NCBI GenBank assembly: GCA_964523395.1
Contig: CAZFXS010000003.1
Span: 209,505 to 273,504 of the forward strand
Direction: 5' to 3'
Length of the DNA: 64,000 bases
DNA from: an uncultured Chlorobiaceae bacterium
GTDB lineage: Bacteria > Bacteroidota > Ignavibacteria > UBA10030 > SZUA-254
A program made the translations under genes and the position numbers. This document shows, in pieces, positions 8,350 to 17,735 of this stretch (positions are counted from its first letter, which is position 1; the number at the start of each line of letters is the position of its first letter). A model generated the notes under the pieces. It had not been told where the DNA came from, did not search any database, and worked only from the letters and a program-made list of their open reading frames with translations.

Positions 8350-10140
8350 ATGGCTGAAGTCGATATCACTGACAAGATAGGGTATACGCTGTTAAAGAAG
8401 GGCGTCATTGATTATGAAACCCTTGAAAAATCCCTGACGGTAAAAGAATCGGAAGACAAAAAGAACCGGAGAAATCTCGGTCAGATCTTGGTAAACGAAT
8501 TCAGCGTGGACCACGATCTTGTCTTCCGTGAGGTCGCAAACCTCTATGCTTTTCGCGAAATCTATCTCACGGATGAGATCATTGATCCTGTCAGGATAGA
8601 ATTTATCAAGAAGTATGTGGAGGCGCTTCCCGACGCGACAAAAGATCTTCTGGTGCAGATAAAGATGTTGCCGCTCCGGTTTGATGAAAAACAAACCGAT
8701 AAGCTTATCATAATTTCTGCCGATCCAACTGACCGTAATATTCCAACAATAGCGCGCAATTTTGGCGTAAAAAAGTATGAAGTCTGTTACTGTCGGCTCA
8801 AAGACCTGCAGAATCTGATTGAACAGGTTATTCCTCCTGAGAATGAGTTTCTCAAGTTGCTGGCGAATGCCGATGTTGATATTACAGCAGTCGAAGATGA
8901 AGGTGTTGTTGATGAAGAGGCTCTTGAGAGCGAAATAAGCAAAAGCGCGCTTGTTAACCTTGTTGAAGGAGCCCTGATGGAAGCGGTGCGCCAGGGCGCA
9001 AGTGACATCCATATCATTGGTAGGGAAGGCAAACGCACGGATTTCCTTTTCCGTGTCGACGGCAACTTGAAATCATGGCATATTCAGGAGAACACCATGC
9101 CAGAGGCAATTGCCGCTGTCGTCAAGGACCGTTCGAAGAATGTTGACCGTTTTGAACGCGAAATGTCCCAGGACGGTTTTATTCAGCGCATTATCGATGG
9201 ACATAATATCCGATTCAGGGTGTCCATCATGCCGATTGTGGGAACCGAGTTTAAACACAAATTTGAAAGTATCGTTATTCGTGTTCTGGATGACCGTAAG
9301 GTTATCACTGACCTGAACAAGCTGGGATTGCAGGGACCTGCAAAAGATTTCTTTTACAAAGCCATATCGAAGCCTCAGGGTATCGTTATTCTCACCGGTC
9401 CGACGGGAAGCGGAAAAAGTACGACGCTGATCGCCGCGCTTCATCAGGTTATCGACCCTACGGTTAATGTGTTAACTGTCGAAGAACCTGTGGAATATAT
9501 TATCAAAGGCGCACGGCAGTTGAAGATCGGTCACAAGATGGATTTTGACCAAGCGATTCGCGGTATCTTGAGACATGACCCTGACATTGTGCTTGTGGGT
9601 GAAATGCGCGATAAAATGACTGCAGAGATCGCGATTAAACTCGCGAATACGGGTCACCTAACATTTTCAACACTTCATACCAACGACGCTCCCAGTGCGG
9701 TCGCACGTCTCTATAAAATGGGGGTTGAACCGTTTTTGATTGCATATGCCATCAATATCATTGTTGCTCAGCGCCTTATCAGGACACTCTGCTCACTCTG
9801 TAAAAAGCCGTTGAAGTTATCAGAAAAAGAAGTTCAGATTTATCTAAAATTTGGATTCACGGAAGAAATGTTAAAAAATTCCACTTTTTTCGAACCGATT
9901 GGCTGTGAAAAATGCAATGGCGGATGGAAGGGGAGAGCTGCCATTCATGAGGCACTCTACTTTACCAGGGAAATTAAGCAGATCATTGTCGGCTCAGGCA
10001 ATGAAGTGAACGAAAACGCTATTCGTGAACAGGCGGTTAAGGATGGTATGTGGACGCTACGCCGGTCCGGCATGGAAAGAATGATGGAAGGACTAACAAC
10101 GCTGGAGGAAATTATCGCCACAACCACAGAGGATGACTAA
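8350..10140 (+). CDS. pilB: PilB/GspE-family assembly ATPase of a type IV pilus / T2SS.
   Basis: 596 aa with a T2SSE_N-like N-terminal domain and the motif ASDIHI. Walker A is LTGPTGSGKSTT. Asp and His boxes are present, and a tetracysteine motif CSLC...CEKC is at the C-terminus. Confidence 0.9.
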   Translation: MAEVDITDKIGYTLLKKGVIDYETLEKSLTVKESEDKKNRRNLGQILVNEFSVDHDLVFREVANLYAFREIYLTDEIIDPVRIEFIKKYVEALPDATKDLLVQIKMLPLRFDEKQTDKLIIISADPTDRNIPTIARNFGVKKYEVCYCRLKDLQNLIEQVIPPENEFLKLLANADVDITAVEDEGVVDEEALESEISKSALVNLVEGALMEAVRQGASDIHIIGREGKRTDFLFRVDGNLKSWHIQENTMPEAIAAVVKDRSKNVDRFEREMSQDGFIQRIIDGHNIRFRVSIMPIVGTEFKHKFESIVIRVLDDRKVITDLNKLGLQGPAKDFFYKAISKPQGIVILTGPTGSGKSTTLIAALHQVIDPTVNVLTVEEPVEYIIKGARQLKIGHKMDFDQAIRGILRHDPDIVLVGEMRDKMTAEIAIKLANTGHLTFSTLHTNDAPSAVARLYKMGVEPFLIAYAINIIVAQRLIRTLCSLCKKPLKLSEKEVQIYLKFGFTEEMLKNSTFFEPIGCEKCNGGWKGRAAIHEALYFTREIKQIIVGSGNEVNENAIREQAVKDGMWTLRRSGMERMMEGLTTLEEIIATTTEDD

Positions 10141-10233
10141 CGTGGATCAAATAATGTTGATTTTCATCACACGTGCATTGAAATTGGGGAAAATGAGTAG
10201 TAGTTTGACCACGATAATTGACGGAGAAATGGT

Positions 10234-10767
10234 ATGAGTGGTCAAATGTTGATGGTTTTGGGCGCATTGATGTTATTGTCAATGGTAAGTTTATCCATTA
10301 ACACGATGTTTATTGGAAAAACAACAACCATGCTGGATGCGGAAGCAAGTCTGAATGCTATTTCTATCGCGCAGACGATGATTGATGAGATTATGGTAAA
10401 ATCTTACGATGCAGCGACGGTATCGTCGAAAATTTTTAACGCGTCTGCGTTCACAGCTCCGGGAAGTTTGGGAGCAAACGGGACGGAAACATCGAATGTT
10501 CCTCAACCGGACACTTCCAGTCCCTTTAAATCAATCAATAATTACAATGATGTGGACGACTATCACCTCTACCGCAGGACAGTGAACACTCCACGTCTTG
10601 GCAAGTTTACCGTACGGGACAGTGTCTTCTATGTTGTGGAGTCGAATCCAGATCAAAAATCTTTTACACAGACATTCAATAAAAAGATTGTCGTTACCAT
10701 CACTCATCCCAACATGTTACGGCCTTTGCAGATTTCCGATGTTGCTGTTTACAGACGATATTTCTAG
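10234..10767 (+). CDS. Minor pilin-like / pseudopilin-like protein.
   Basis: 177 aa. N-terminus MSGQMLMVLGALMLLSMVSLS is a short polar stretch then a hydrophobic helix with no Glu5. An RBS ggag lies upstream. It sits in the cluster between pilB and the PilW/PilX-like genes. Confidence 0.45.
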   Translation: MSGQMLMVLGALMLLSMVSLSINTMFIGKTTTMLDAEASLNAISIAQTMIDEIMVKSYDAATVSSKIFNASAFTAPGSLGANGTETSNVPQPDTSSPFKSINNYNDVDDYHLYRRTVNTPRLGKFTVRDSVFYVVESNPDQKSFTQTFNKKIVVTITHPNMLRPLQISDVAVYRRYF

Positions 10768-10820
10768 GCCTGATGATATTGCAACGAGATCACAAAAGAA
10801 TTTAGTGAAGGAAGAGTCGT

Positions 10821-11384
10821 ATGGCAGTAATGATGGATATAATTGGCGCAGCAGTACTTGTCGGTATGCTAATGCTTACCGTAATGAATATAAATATCAA
10901 CATGAATTCAGAAACGTACAGAACTGCCAGTGAGTTTCATACACAAACCGAACTGATTCAGCTTGCACGAATCTTTGAGTTTGACTTATACAAGATCGGG
11001 TATGCCGTCGCAAAACCTGCTATTATGGCAGCCGATACGTCGTATCTGAAATTCAAGACGAATCTTCTCAATGTTGCAGGTGCACGGGATAGTATTGAAT
11101 ATATCCTTGGAACACCCGTCACCAGTTCAGTAAACCCCAATGATAAGCATCTCCTACGTATCGAGAATGTCTCGACAGTGTCAATTAGTTATAGTGTTAC
11201 GAAATTTAAGCTGGCGTATTACGATGCCGAAGATTCTTTGATGGCAACGCCAGTTTCGAGCACGCTTCGTGACAGCATTCGGTCAATCAGGATTCAGTTG
11301 CGGCTGGAGGGACCCACTATTATTGACGGAGAATATCCTGGCGCGTTCTATGAGAAACTAATCTATCCACGAAATTTGCAGTGA
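10821..11384 (+). CDS. Minor pilin-like protein (PilW-like).
   Basis: 187 aa with an N-terminal hydrophobic helix (IIGAAVLVGMLMLTVM). The predicted globular C-terminal region ends in a conserved-looking IRIQLRLEGP segment. Confidence 0.4.
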   Translation: MAVMMDIIGAAVLVGMLMLTVMNININMNSETYRTASEFHTQTELIQLARIFEFDLYKIGYAVAKPAIMAADTSYLKFKTNLLNVAGARDSIEYILGTPVTSSVNPNDKHLLRIENVSTVSISYSVTKFKLAYYDAEDSLMATPVSSTLRDSIRSIRIQLRLEGPTIIDGEYPGAFYEKLIYPRNLQ

Positions 11385-11393
11385 GGTGAGAGC

Positions 11394-12410
11394 ATGGGAA
11401 GAATGGCATTGATAATAGTCGTGGGCTTGTCAATAACCCTAGGTGTTGTTGGCTTCAGTCTGAACAGATCAAAGACGGGAACCGTAGAAAATGTTGCCGG
11501 TTTCCATAAGTATACAACCGCGCGCAATATAGCGCATACCGCGGTAAATATGGCGCTCCGGGCGTTGGACCGGAATGATTCGGCCTTTATTGCCAATCGT
11601 AGCTTGAACGTGAGTGCCATGGGTGGCACTGCGGCAGTATCGTTTACATATCCGAATATGTCATCGCTCGATACGATAGATCTTACAGCAACTTCAAGAT
11701 ACATGGATACGACCAAGACGATGTCATTGCGATTATACCGTAGGCCCGTCCCATTTCCCACTATTGGTCAGGCAGTCGGATTGCGGGTTCCGAATGTGGA
11801 TTTCTCGATGTCCGGTACTCCCAGCATTGACGGCCGTAATCATGATATCAACGGAAATCTGCTTGCAGCAAGTGCAAATGATAAACCGGGTGTGGGAGTC
11901 ATCTATGGTCCTGATACCACGGATGTGTTGGGATTCGCGAGCAAAATCAATGGTACGAAGGATGTGGTTTATGATACCACAATTGCTGATCCCGCGCAGT
12001 TTGTCGGAGAATACATCAACGCTGCCGATCGGGTATACACGACCGGTGTGTACGGAAGTAACATGACCTGGGGTTCGGTCACGAGCCCGCAAATCGTCTA
12101 CGCAAATGGCGATGTGAAATTCAATGGTAACATTGAGGGATGGGGAATTTTGGTCGTCAACGGGAATCTCACTCTTGCCGGCACATTTAAATTTCATGGA
12201 TTGGTTGTTGCTTATTCAGATTTTTCCATTGATGTAACATTCTCAACCGGAACCCCGGATGTTATCGGTGCGGTACTTATGGCGGGCATCGCGAACAGTG
12301 ATTACATCATGAAGGGCAATAGTAATGTCTCCTACAGCAAGGATGCGCTGGACAAAGCAAAGTTCATTAACAAGCTTCAGGTGTATCGCGTTATGAGGTG
12401 GTACGAGTAG
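11394..12410 (+). CDS. PilX-like minor pilin / pilus tip-associated protein.
   Basis: 338 aa. An N-terminal hydrophobic helix (MGRMALIIVVGLSITLGVVGF) is followed by a PilX_N-like region (ARNIAHTAVNMALRALD). The Gly-rich C-terminal beta region (GNIEGWGILVVNGNLTLAG...GLVVAY) is typical of PilX family proteins. Confidence 0.55.
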   Translation: MGRMALIIVVGLSITLGVVGFSLNRSKTGTVENVAGFHKYTTARNIAHTAVNMALRALDRNDSAFIANRSLNVSAMGGTAAVSFTYPNMSSLDTIDLTATSRYMDTTKTMSLRLYRRPVPFPTIGQAVGLRVPNVDFSMSGTPSIDGRNHDINGNLLAASANDKPGVGVIYGPDTTDVLGFASKINGTKDVVYDTTIADPAQFVGEYINAADRVYTTGVYGSNMTWGSVTSPQIVYANGDVKFNGNIEGWGILVVNGNLTLAGTFKFHGLVVAYSDFSIDVTFSTGTPDVIGAVLMAGIANSDYIMKGNSNVSYSKDALDKAKFINKLQVYRVMRWYE

Positions 12411-12434
12411 ATGAAGAAACTCTTGTTTGCTGTT

Positions 12435-12480
12435 AATACCTTGAGTGTGAAATTTAGCGTAATTCAGGGTATTTTTTTTG
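12435..12480 (+). terminator. Terminator-like hairpin plus T8 tract after the PilX-like gene.
   Basis: Imperfect stem aataccttga ... tcagggtatt (about 9 bp, 1 mismatch) is followed by tttttttt. Confidence 0.45.
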
Positions 12481-12530
12481 GAAAAAAAAGGATTTTGTGT
12501 GATTTAGGCCATATTGAATAACGAAATCTA

Positions 12531-12559
12531 TTGACAAGTGCGGAACTTTTGTATATATT
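12531..12559 (+). promoter_or_regulatory. Sigma70-type promoter (TTGACA-17 bp-TATATT) upstream of the PilT-like gene.
   Basis: TTGACA at 12531-12536, an exact 17-bp spacer, and TATATT at 12554-12559. This is about 70 bp upstream of the ATG at 12628, in an AT-rich intergenic region. Confidence 0.55.
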
Positions 12560-12627
12560 AGCCGCCGTATTTATATAGAAATATTGGCATTATTTAAAGT
12601 ATAACTCGAAATAATTGAATAATTAAC

Positions 12628-13860
12628 ATGGATGAAGCGATTTCCATAATAAAACAGATTGTCAGCAATATACCGGAAACGGCATATGGCGTAGAACGCC
12701 AGATGCTTATCGGAGACCTTGTTTCGCGGCAATCTCAGGAAGAACGGGTCATAGTCAAGAAGATGTTTGACGGTTTCCTGACACGAATGTTCGAAATATC
12801 TGCGTCTGACATTGACCTCGGCGGCTTTGGTTCCCAGGGATGTGTCTGGTATCGTATTCATGGTTCAAAGAAGCCGGATACCAGCCTGCCGACTTTCACA
12901 TTTGACGAATGCAACGTCCTGCTTCAGACCATTTTGCTGGAGCGTCAACGCCAGTTCCTCTACGAAAATAGAAATCTTGATTTTTCGTATACCGTATTTC
13001 ATCAGGATAAAATGCACCGGTTTCGTGCCGATGTGTACTTTGACCTTGACCAGATCGCGATGAACATGCGCGCGATTAATGCAGTTGTTCGTCCGTATAA
13101 GAATCTGGATTTTCATGCAAATGTTACAAAGATTGTAAGTCTTGCTCATACCAAGGAAGGTATGATTCTTGTGACCGGAATTACCGGTTCAGGAAAAAGC
13201 TCGACTCTGGACGCCATTCTTGACGCAAATAATCATAGCGTTGATGCGCACTGCGTTATCATAGCGTCGCCGATTGAGTATGTGCATAAATCCGATCGCT
13301 GCATCATACGTCATAGAGAAGTTGGCCGTGACGTTCTCTCCTTTAAAGAAGGCGCAGTTCAGGCGTTACGGCAAGATCCTGATATTATTATCATCGGCGA
13401 GTTGCGCGATCCTGACACGATTTTGACGGCATTGGAAATTACTGATAGCGGTCATAAAGTATTCTCAACGCTCCATACATCTTCTGCTGTGGAAAGTATT
13501 GACCGTATTATTGGTGAAGTCCCCCCCATTGAACAAGAGCGTGTACGTAACCGGTTGGCGGATATTATTCAGTGCGTCATTTCTCAGAAACTCGTACCAA
13601 GTCTTGATAAGAAACGTGTGCTTGCGAAAGAAGTCATGATTGCGACACCGTCTGTCAGGGCTGCAATTAAAAATAATAATACAAGTGAAATTTATCAGAT
13701 GATGTCGGAATCCGGTGACTTGGGCATGGTCACGATGGAACAGGACTTGAAGCGCCTCTATCTTGCAAAGAAGATATCGCTTGAAACAGCGATGAACTTT
13801 GCAAACAATAAACGCAGGCTGCAGCAAATTCTGAACCTGGTTCCACAAGGTGAATTATAA
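12628..13860 (+). CDS. pilT: PilT/PilU-family twitching-motility (retraction) ATPase with an N-terminal extension.
   Basis: 410 aa. Walker A is GITGSGKSST, with Asp and His boxes. The PilT signature AAIKNNNTSEIYQMMSESGDLGMVTMEQDL matches AIRNLIRE..QI.S.MQTG...GM.T. The N-terminal extension is about 100 aa. Confidence 0.8.
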   Translation: MDEAISIIKQIVSNIPETAYGVERQMLIGDLVSRQSQEERVIVKKMFDGFLTRMFEISASDIDLGGFGSQGCVWYRIHGSKKPDTSLPTFTFDECNVLLQTILLERQRQFLYENRNLDFSYTVFHQDKMHRFRADVYFDLDQIAMNMRAINAVVRPYKNLDFHANVTKIVSLAHTKEGMILVTGITGSGKSSTLDAILDANNHSVDAHCVIIASPIEYVHKSDRCIIRHREVGRDVLSFKEGAVQALRQDPDIIIIGELRDPDTILTALEITDSGHKVFSTLHTSSAVESIDRIIGEVPPIEQERVRNRLADIIQCVISQKLVPSLDKKRVLAKEVMIATPSVRAAIKNNNTSEIYQMMSESGDLGMVTMEQDLKRLYLAKKISLETAMNFANNKRRLQQILNLVPQGEL

Positions 13861-13890
13861 CCTCGAACTTTTACAAGGATAGGATACTTT

Positions 13891-15492
13891 ATGGCCTCTA
13901 TGCGAGGAAGTAAATCGAGTGCAATAGGATTGTTTGTCGACGGCTTGGAACTGAAACTTGCCAAGCTTTCCCTAAAACACGGCAAGGTGGTGATCGATGA
14001 ACTGCGCGCCGCCACGTTAGCATCGAAGCTCGAAGAGCGGCAGATTGCCAGCGTGGAAATGGAATCGCTGAGCGAAACCTCTGTGTCGTCGGAAGCATTT
14101 GCCCTGCCGGCCTCTGAACCCGATGCCGACAGCAATACTGATAATAACAGCGTTCTCCTCGGGCTGCTTGCCAAACATCCGACAAGCAGTTATGTCCTTG
14201 GGTATGCTATCTCTGAGCCGAGTATCTACTATCATACACTCGATAGTGATCACGGACTCAAAGGCAAAAAACTTAAACAGCGGGCTGTGGATGAACTGCG
14301 CAATGTGCGTTCAGTTCAACCCCCGCTTGATGCAATTGACTTTTTCCCGTCAGCGGAAAAAAATCTGGTTTGCGTTGTCCGTGAAGACGGAATGACATTA
14401 CTGCGTTCACTTGAAGAGGTGAAACCGTTTTTGGGAAAACATCTCCCCAGAATTCCCCTCATCGAAATTTCCGATGTGGCATTAATGAACCTCGCCAAGG
14501 CGAATTACGGTTTTTCGCCAGATGAAATTACCACGATTATCTATATCGGCGTTGAGTTTACCCGGCTTATTTTCATGAAAGGAACTGAATTCCTCCACTT
14601 CGCGCCGGTGTTGGGTGAGGGGTACGATTCTTCAAATATTCAAAATACCGTGTACAGCAGATTGCTGCTGGAACAAGACAACATGGGTATCCCGCGTATC
14701 GATAAAGTGCTCCTCGCGGGTGAGAGCCGAAGAATTAATTTTGACGAATTTTTGCGTGAACAACTTTCTGACGTAGAAGTACAGTATCTCCGGACTCCGG
14801 AACTCGATTCCAGTGGTTTACCGGCAGATGTGCAGGAGCAAATTCCTGAATATGCAGTTGCGATAGCGACAGCATGGAAAATGCTGGATGATGACCATCC
14901 GGCGTTCTATCCCACGAACGTGCTGCCGGAATCAGTCCGTGAAAGCCAGCGTACCTTCAAGCTTGCGTGGCACGGCTATGTTGCATTAGTCCTTGTATTT
15001 TTATCAACGCTCTTCTTTACGTCGCGATACTCGGAATTACAGCGTGAGGTAGGTGTTAAACAGGGAACACTTGATCAGCTTCAGGAGAAAGTTGCTGAGA
15101 ATGACAAATTGAAAGCCGCGATAGCATCACTTAACGATCAAATCGGCAGATATAACGTAGCCCTTGCAGTGTACGACTCGTTGGTGCCGGGCAGTGACCG
15201 ATGGAATAAATCATTGGCGCACCTTGCAAAAGGTGTCGAAGATCTCGGCGCAATCTGGATTACGGAAATGAGGGCACTTGGCGGCGGTTCCATGAGTATC
15301 CAGGGCTATGCGCTGTATCGCGCTCGTATTCCCAGAATCGCGGCACTCTTTGATAACTCAACACTGACAAAAGTCGAGGTAAAAGAGATTCGTGTCAATT
15401 CTCCTTCTGTCTATAACTTTGTTATCACGGTTCCGCCGCAGGAGCAGAAGATTGAATCGACGATTCCGCCCGCAACCGGCGGACAACAATAA
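13891..15492 (+). CDS. PilM-like actin-fold protein fused to a PilN-like module (TM helix, coiled coil, periplasmic domain).
   Basis: 533 aa. The N-terminus (SAIGLFVDGLELKLAKL) resembles the PilM IGLDIGSS start. A single TM helix (YVALVLVFLSTLFFT) near residue 355 is followed by a coiled coil (LQREVGVKQGTLDQLQEKVAENDKLKAAIASLNDQI), typical of PilN/PilO. Confidence 0.55.
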   Translation: MASMRGSKSSAIGLFVDGLELKLAKLSLKHGKVVIDELRAATLASKLEERQIASVEMESLSETSVSSEAFALPASEPDADSNTDNNSVLLGLLAKHPTSSYVLGYAISEPSIYYHTLDSDHGLKGKKLKQRAVDELRNVRSVQPPLDAIDFFPSAEKNLVCVVREDGMTLLRSLEEVKPFLGKHLPRIPLIEISDVALMNLAKANYGFSPDEITTIIYIGVEFTRLIFMKGTEFLHFAPVLGEGYDSSNIQNTVYSRLLLEQDNMGIPRIDKVLLAGESRRINFDEFLREQLSDVEVQYLRTPELDSSGLPADVQEQIPEYAVAIATAWKMLDDDHPAFYPTNVLPESVRESQRTFKLAWHGYVALVLVFLSTLFFTSRYSELQREVGVKQGTLDQLQEKVAENDKLKAAIASLNDQIGRYNVALAVYDSLVPGSDRWNKSLAHLAKGVEDLGAIWITEMRALGGGSMSIQGYALYRARIPRIAALFDNSTLTKVEVKEIRVNSPSVYNFVITVPPQEQKIESTIPPATGGQQ

Positions 15493-15520
15493 TTGTGATT
15501 AACTATTAACGGAGCGAACA

Positions 15521-16405
15521 GTGTCTTATATCATACGAAATAGCATCGTACTCGGCGTTATCCTCTTCCTTATTCTTGCAGGAGGGATATACTTTACCAT
15601 GTTTTCTCTTCCAAAAAGGATTGAGAAAACGGATGCTGAGATTAAGCGCCTTCAGGACGATTTGCAGAATACTCCCGATCTTGCAAACCAATACAATACC
15701 ACTGCTGCCTTGCTTGATGATATCAAAAAGCGGTGGGAAACGAGAAACAAGGATGTTCCGCCGAAGGACATTACGGGCGAAACGTATGGTTACTTTAACC
15801 GCACAATTGACGTGAGTGGTGAAGTAAAAATGGATATGACGTATGTCGGTCCCAAAGATTTTGGTAACTATGGCTTTAACGTGTATACCCTGAAGGGCGA
15901 AGCGCCGTTCAGCAACTTGTTTAAGTTTATCTGGTTCACAGAAAACGGCCGCCGTCTCTTTAAAATATCCAACCTGGCACTCCGCGGGTATGAATCTAAA
16001 GTCGCGGAAACAGGAGAAACAAAAATCCTCGTTCTCTATGATATGGAGTTGCAGGCATATTATTCCTCCATGCCGGAGCTCAACAATGCACCTGGTCAAT
16101 TGAATGTCGTGCCGACCACGCTGACAGGCAATCCGTTCTATCCGCTTATTCTGCGCGAAATACCTCCTCCGCAGGCGGATGAAATTGAAATTGAACGGTC
16201 TGATTTAAAAGCGGTTATTCCGGGCAAAGCGTTCATTTTAGATCAGTTCCAGAAATCCAGAATTCTTGAAGAAGGTGATCCGGTGTACCTTGGATACGTG
16301 ACAAAGATTTATCCGAACGAAGGAAAGATAGAGTGTTTATTAAATAAAGGCGGTGTCGCCGAACGTTTCGAGCTTACTATACGTGTTGGTCAACCGATTA
16401 AATAG
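15521..16405 (+). CDS. PilO-like protein (N-terminal TM plus coiled coil), possibly with a PilP-like C-terminal beta domain.
   Basis: 294 aa. TM helix IVLGVILFLILAGGIYFTMF, then coiled coil (IEKTDAEIKRLQDDLQ). A beta-rich C-terminal domain follows. The gene lies between the PilM/N-like gene and the secretin. Confidence 0.45.
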   Translation: MSYIIRNSIVLGVILFLILAGGIYFTMFSLPKRIEKTDAEIKRLQDDLQNTPDLANQYNTTAALLDDIKKRWETRNKDVPPKDITGETYGYFNRTIDVSGEVKMDMTYVGPKDFGNYGFNVYTLKGEAPFSNLFKFIWFTENGRRLFKISNLALRGYESKVAETGETKILVLYDMELQAYYSSMPELNNAPGQLNVVPTTLTGNPFYPLILREIPPPQADEIEIERSDLKAVIPGKAFILDQFQKSRILEEGDPVYLGYVTKIYPNEGKIECLLNKGGVAERFELTIRVGQPIK

Positions 16406-16424
16406 CACAATTTACGGAGCTTCC

Positions 16425-17672
16425 ATGAACATCAAATATCTGTTGCTGTTGGTTGTAAGTCTTCTCTTTGTCCAGAGCGTTTCTTCCCAAACCAAGGAAC
16501 AGCGGTTACGGACAAAAGGGTATGTAAATCCCCAGGAAATCGTATCGCTTGATTCCACAACCAGAATGGATCAGGCATTCCTTGTCATTAATGAATTGAG
16601 CAAACAGTTTGCGGGAAAGATTCTTATCGATCTCGAGAAACGCCGTGGCCCCATTGGTGTTTATATTGTGAACCAGCACTGGCGGGATGCGCTTGACATG
16701 ATATTGTCACATAATGGCCTCACTGCCGTCGAAGAATCAGATTTCATCCGGATCATGGCAGCGGGTGCAGCGCCGGTTATGACCGGTTTGGGTTCAGGAG
16801 GCGAGATGAAGGAACCTCCCCCGACACTTGAAAGTCAGGATGTCAAAATTTCCGCGGTATTCTTTTCAACGAACGTCGATAAACTGCAGGACTACGGTAT
16901 CAGCTGGGATTTCTTCCGTTCCAAACCGAAGGAACCGGGCATTTCAGGGTATTTAAGCGCAGGGATTGTCCGTGGCGATACATTGTCGTTGATTCCCCCG
17001 ACATCTCCGCAACCGTCGCTGAACAGAGCTCTTGGCGTTATCTCGTCACCGCCGGAATTTAAATTTGCCAACATCGACGCGTTGGTGAAGTTCTTCGGTT
17101 CAAATCAGCTTGGTGAAGTTATCACCAGTCCGGAAGTTGTTGTCCGGAACGGAAAAAAAGGTAAAATCCAGGTTGGTAAAAATATCTTTATAACCACAAG
17201 AGATATCGCCGGTAACCCCATCGCACAGCAGGTTCAAACCGGAACCATCATTGACGTAAGTCCGATGATTTACACTCAAAACGATACCAATTTTATTTAC
17301 CTCGATCTGAACATCGAACAAAGCGATGCGAATACAGGTCAAACAGGCGTGGAAATTAACAAAGCATCTGTCACCACGCACGCGTTGCTCTACGACGGTG
17401 AAGAGAGTGCTATCGGTGGACTCTACACGACTTCTGAAACCCAGGTCAGGGAAGGAATTCCTGTCCTGAAGGATTTGCCGGGATGGTTCTTTGGCTTGCG
17501 CTATCTCTTTGGTTCTGAAAGCACCACCAAGACCAAGAATGAACTGATTGTGCTTCTCAAGGCTGAATTGTTGCATCCCATCAGGGATCGTATTGCCAAT
17601 CCCACGATGAAGCAGGAACAGCTCTTGAATGAAAAACGGAATGAATTCAAACAGGAATTTGAGAAGAAGTAA
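16425..17672 (+). CDS. pilQ: Secretin (PilQ/GspD family), short form.
   Basis: Start re-set to ATG 16425 (signal peptide MNIKYLLLLVVSLLFVQSVSSQ; RBS ggag 7 nt upstream). The C-terminal secretin core includes GIPVLKDLPGWFFGLRYLFG. About 415 aa. Confidence 0.8.
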   Translation: MNIKYLLLLVVSLLFVQSVSSQTKEQRLRTKGYVNPQEIVSLDSTTRMDQAFLVINELSKQFAGKILIDLEKRRGPIGVYIVNQHWRDALDMILSHNGLTAVEESDFIRIMAAGAAPVMTGLGSGGEMKEPPPTLESQDVKISAVFFSTNVDKLQDYGISWDFFRSKPKEPGISGYLSAGIVRGDTLSLIPPTSPQPSLNRALGVISSPPEFKFANIDALVKFFGSNQLGEVITSPEVVVRNGKKGKIQVGKNIFITTRDIAGNPIAQQVQTGTIIDVSPMIYTQNDTNFIYLDLNIEQSDANTGQTGVEINKASVTTHALLYDGEESAIGGLYTTSETQVREGIPVLKDLPGWFFGLRYLFGSESTTKTKNELIVLLKAELLHPIRDRIANPTMKQEQLLNEKRNEFKQEFEKK

Positions 17673-17735
17673 GCGATGATGCATACTCACGGATTTGAAG
17701 ACGAACAATTACGTTTATCCCAAAGGATTGTACAT

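Noticed and set aside
7591-9444. Antisense and out-of-frame ORFs inside pilC/pilB (7591-8091, 8392-9012, 8787-9065, 9073-9444 on the minus strand)
   Set aside because: They are fully contained within strongly supported PilC/PilB coding sequence on the opposite strand. They have no recognisable motifs and are low-complexity or Arg/Ser-rich translations typical of antisense frames.
10598-10933. 111-aa ORF bridging two minor-pilin genes
   Set aside because: It overlaps the 3' end of 10234-10767 and the 5' end of 10821-11384 in another frame, and has no features. It is likely spurious.
12472-12490. T8-GG-A8 palindrome as an independent hairpin
   Set aside because: A pure A-U stem with a 2-nt loop is not stable. 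It is more likely just the T-tract of the preceding terminator-like hairpin plus an A-run.
16353-16424. ORF-track start 16353 for the secretin
   Set aside because: The extension overlaps the preceding gene. ATG 16425 has a good RBS and begins a typical signal peptide.
17676-17735. ORF-track start 17676 for the terminal lipoprotein
   Set aside because: ATG 17736 begins a lipoprotein signal peptide (…GLWSC); the upstream 20 codons are hydrophilic and have no RBS.
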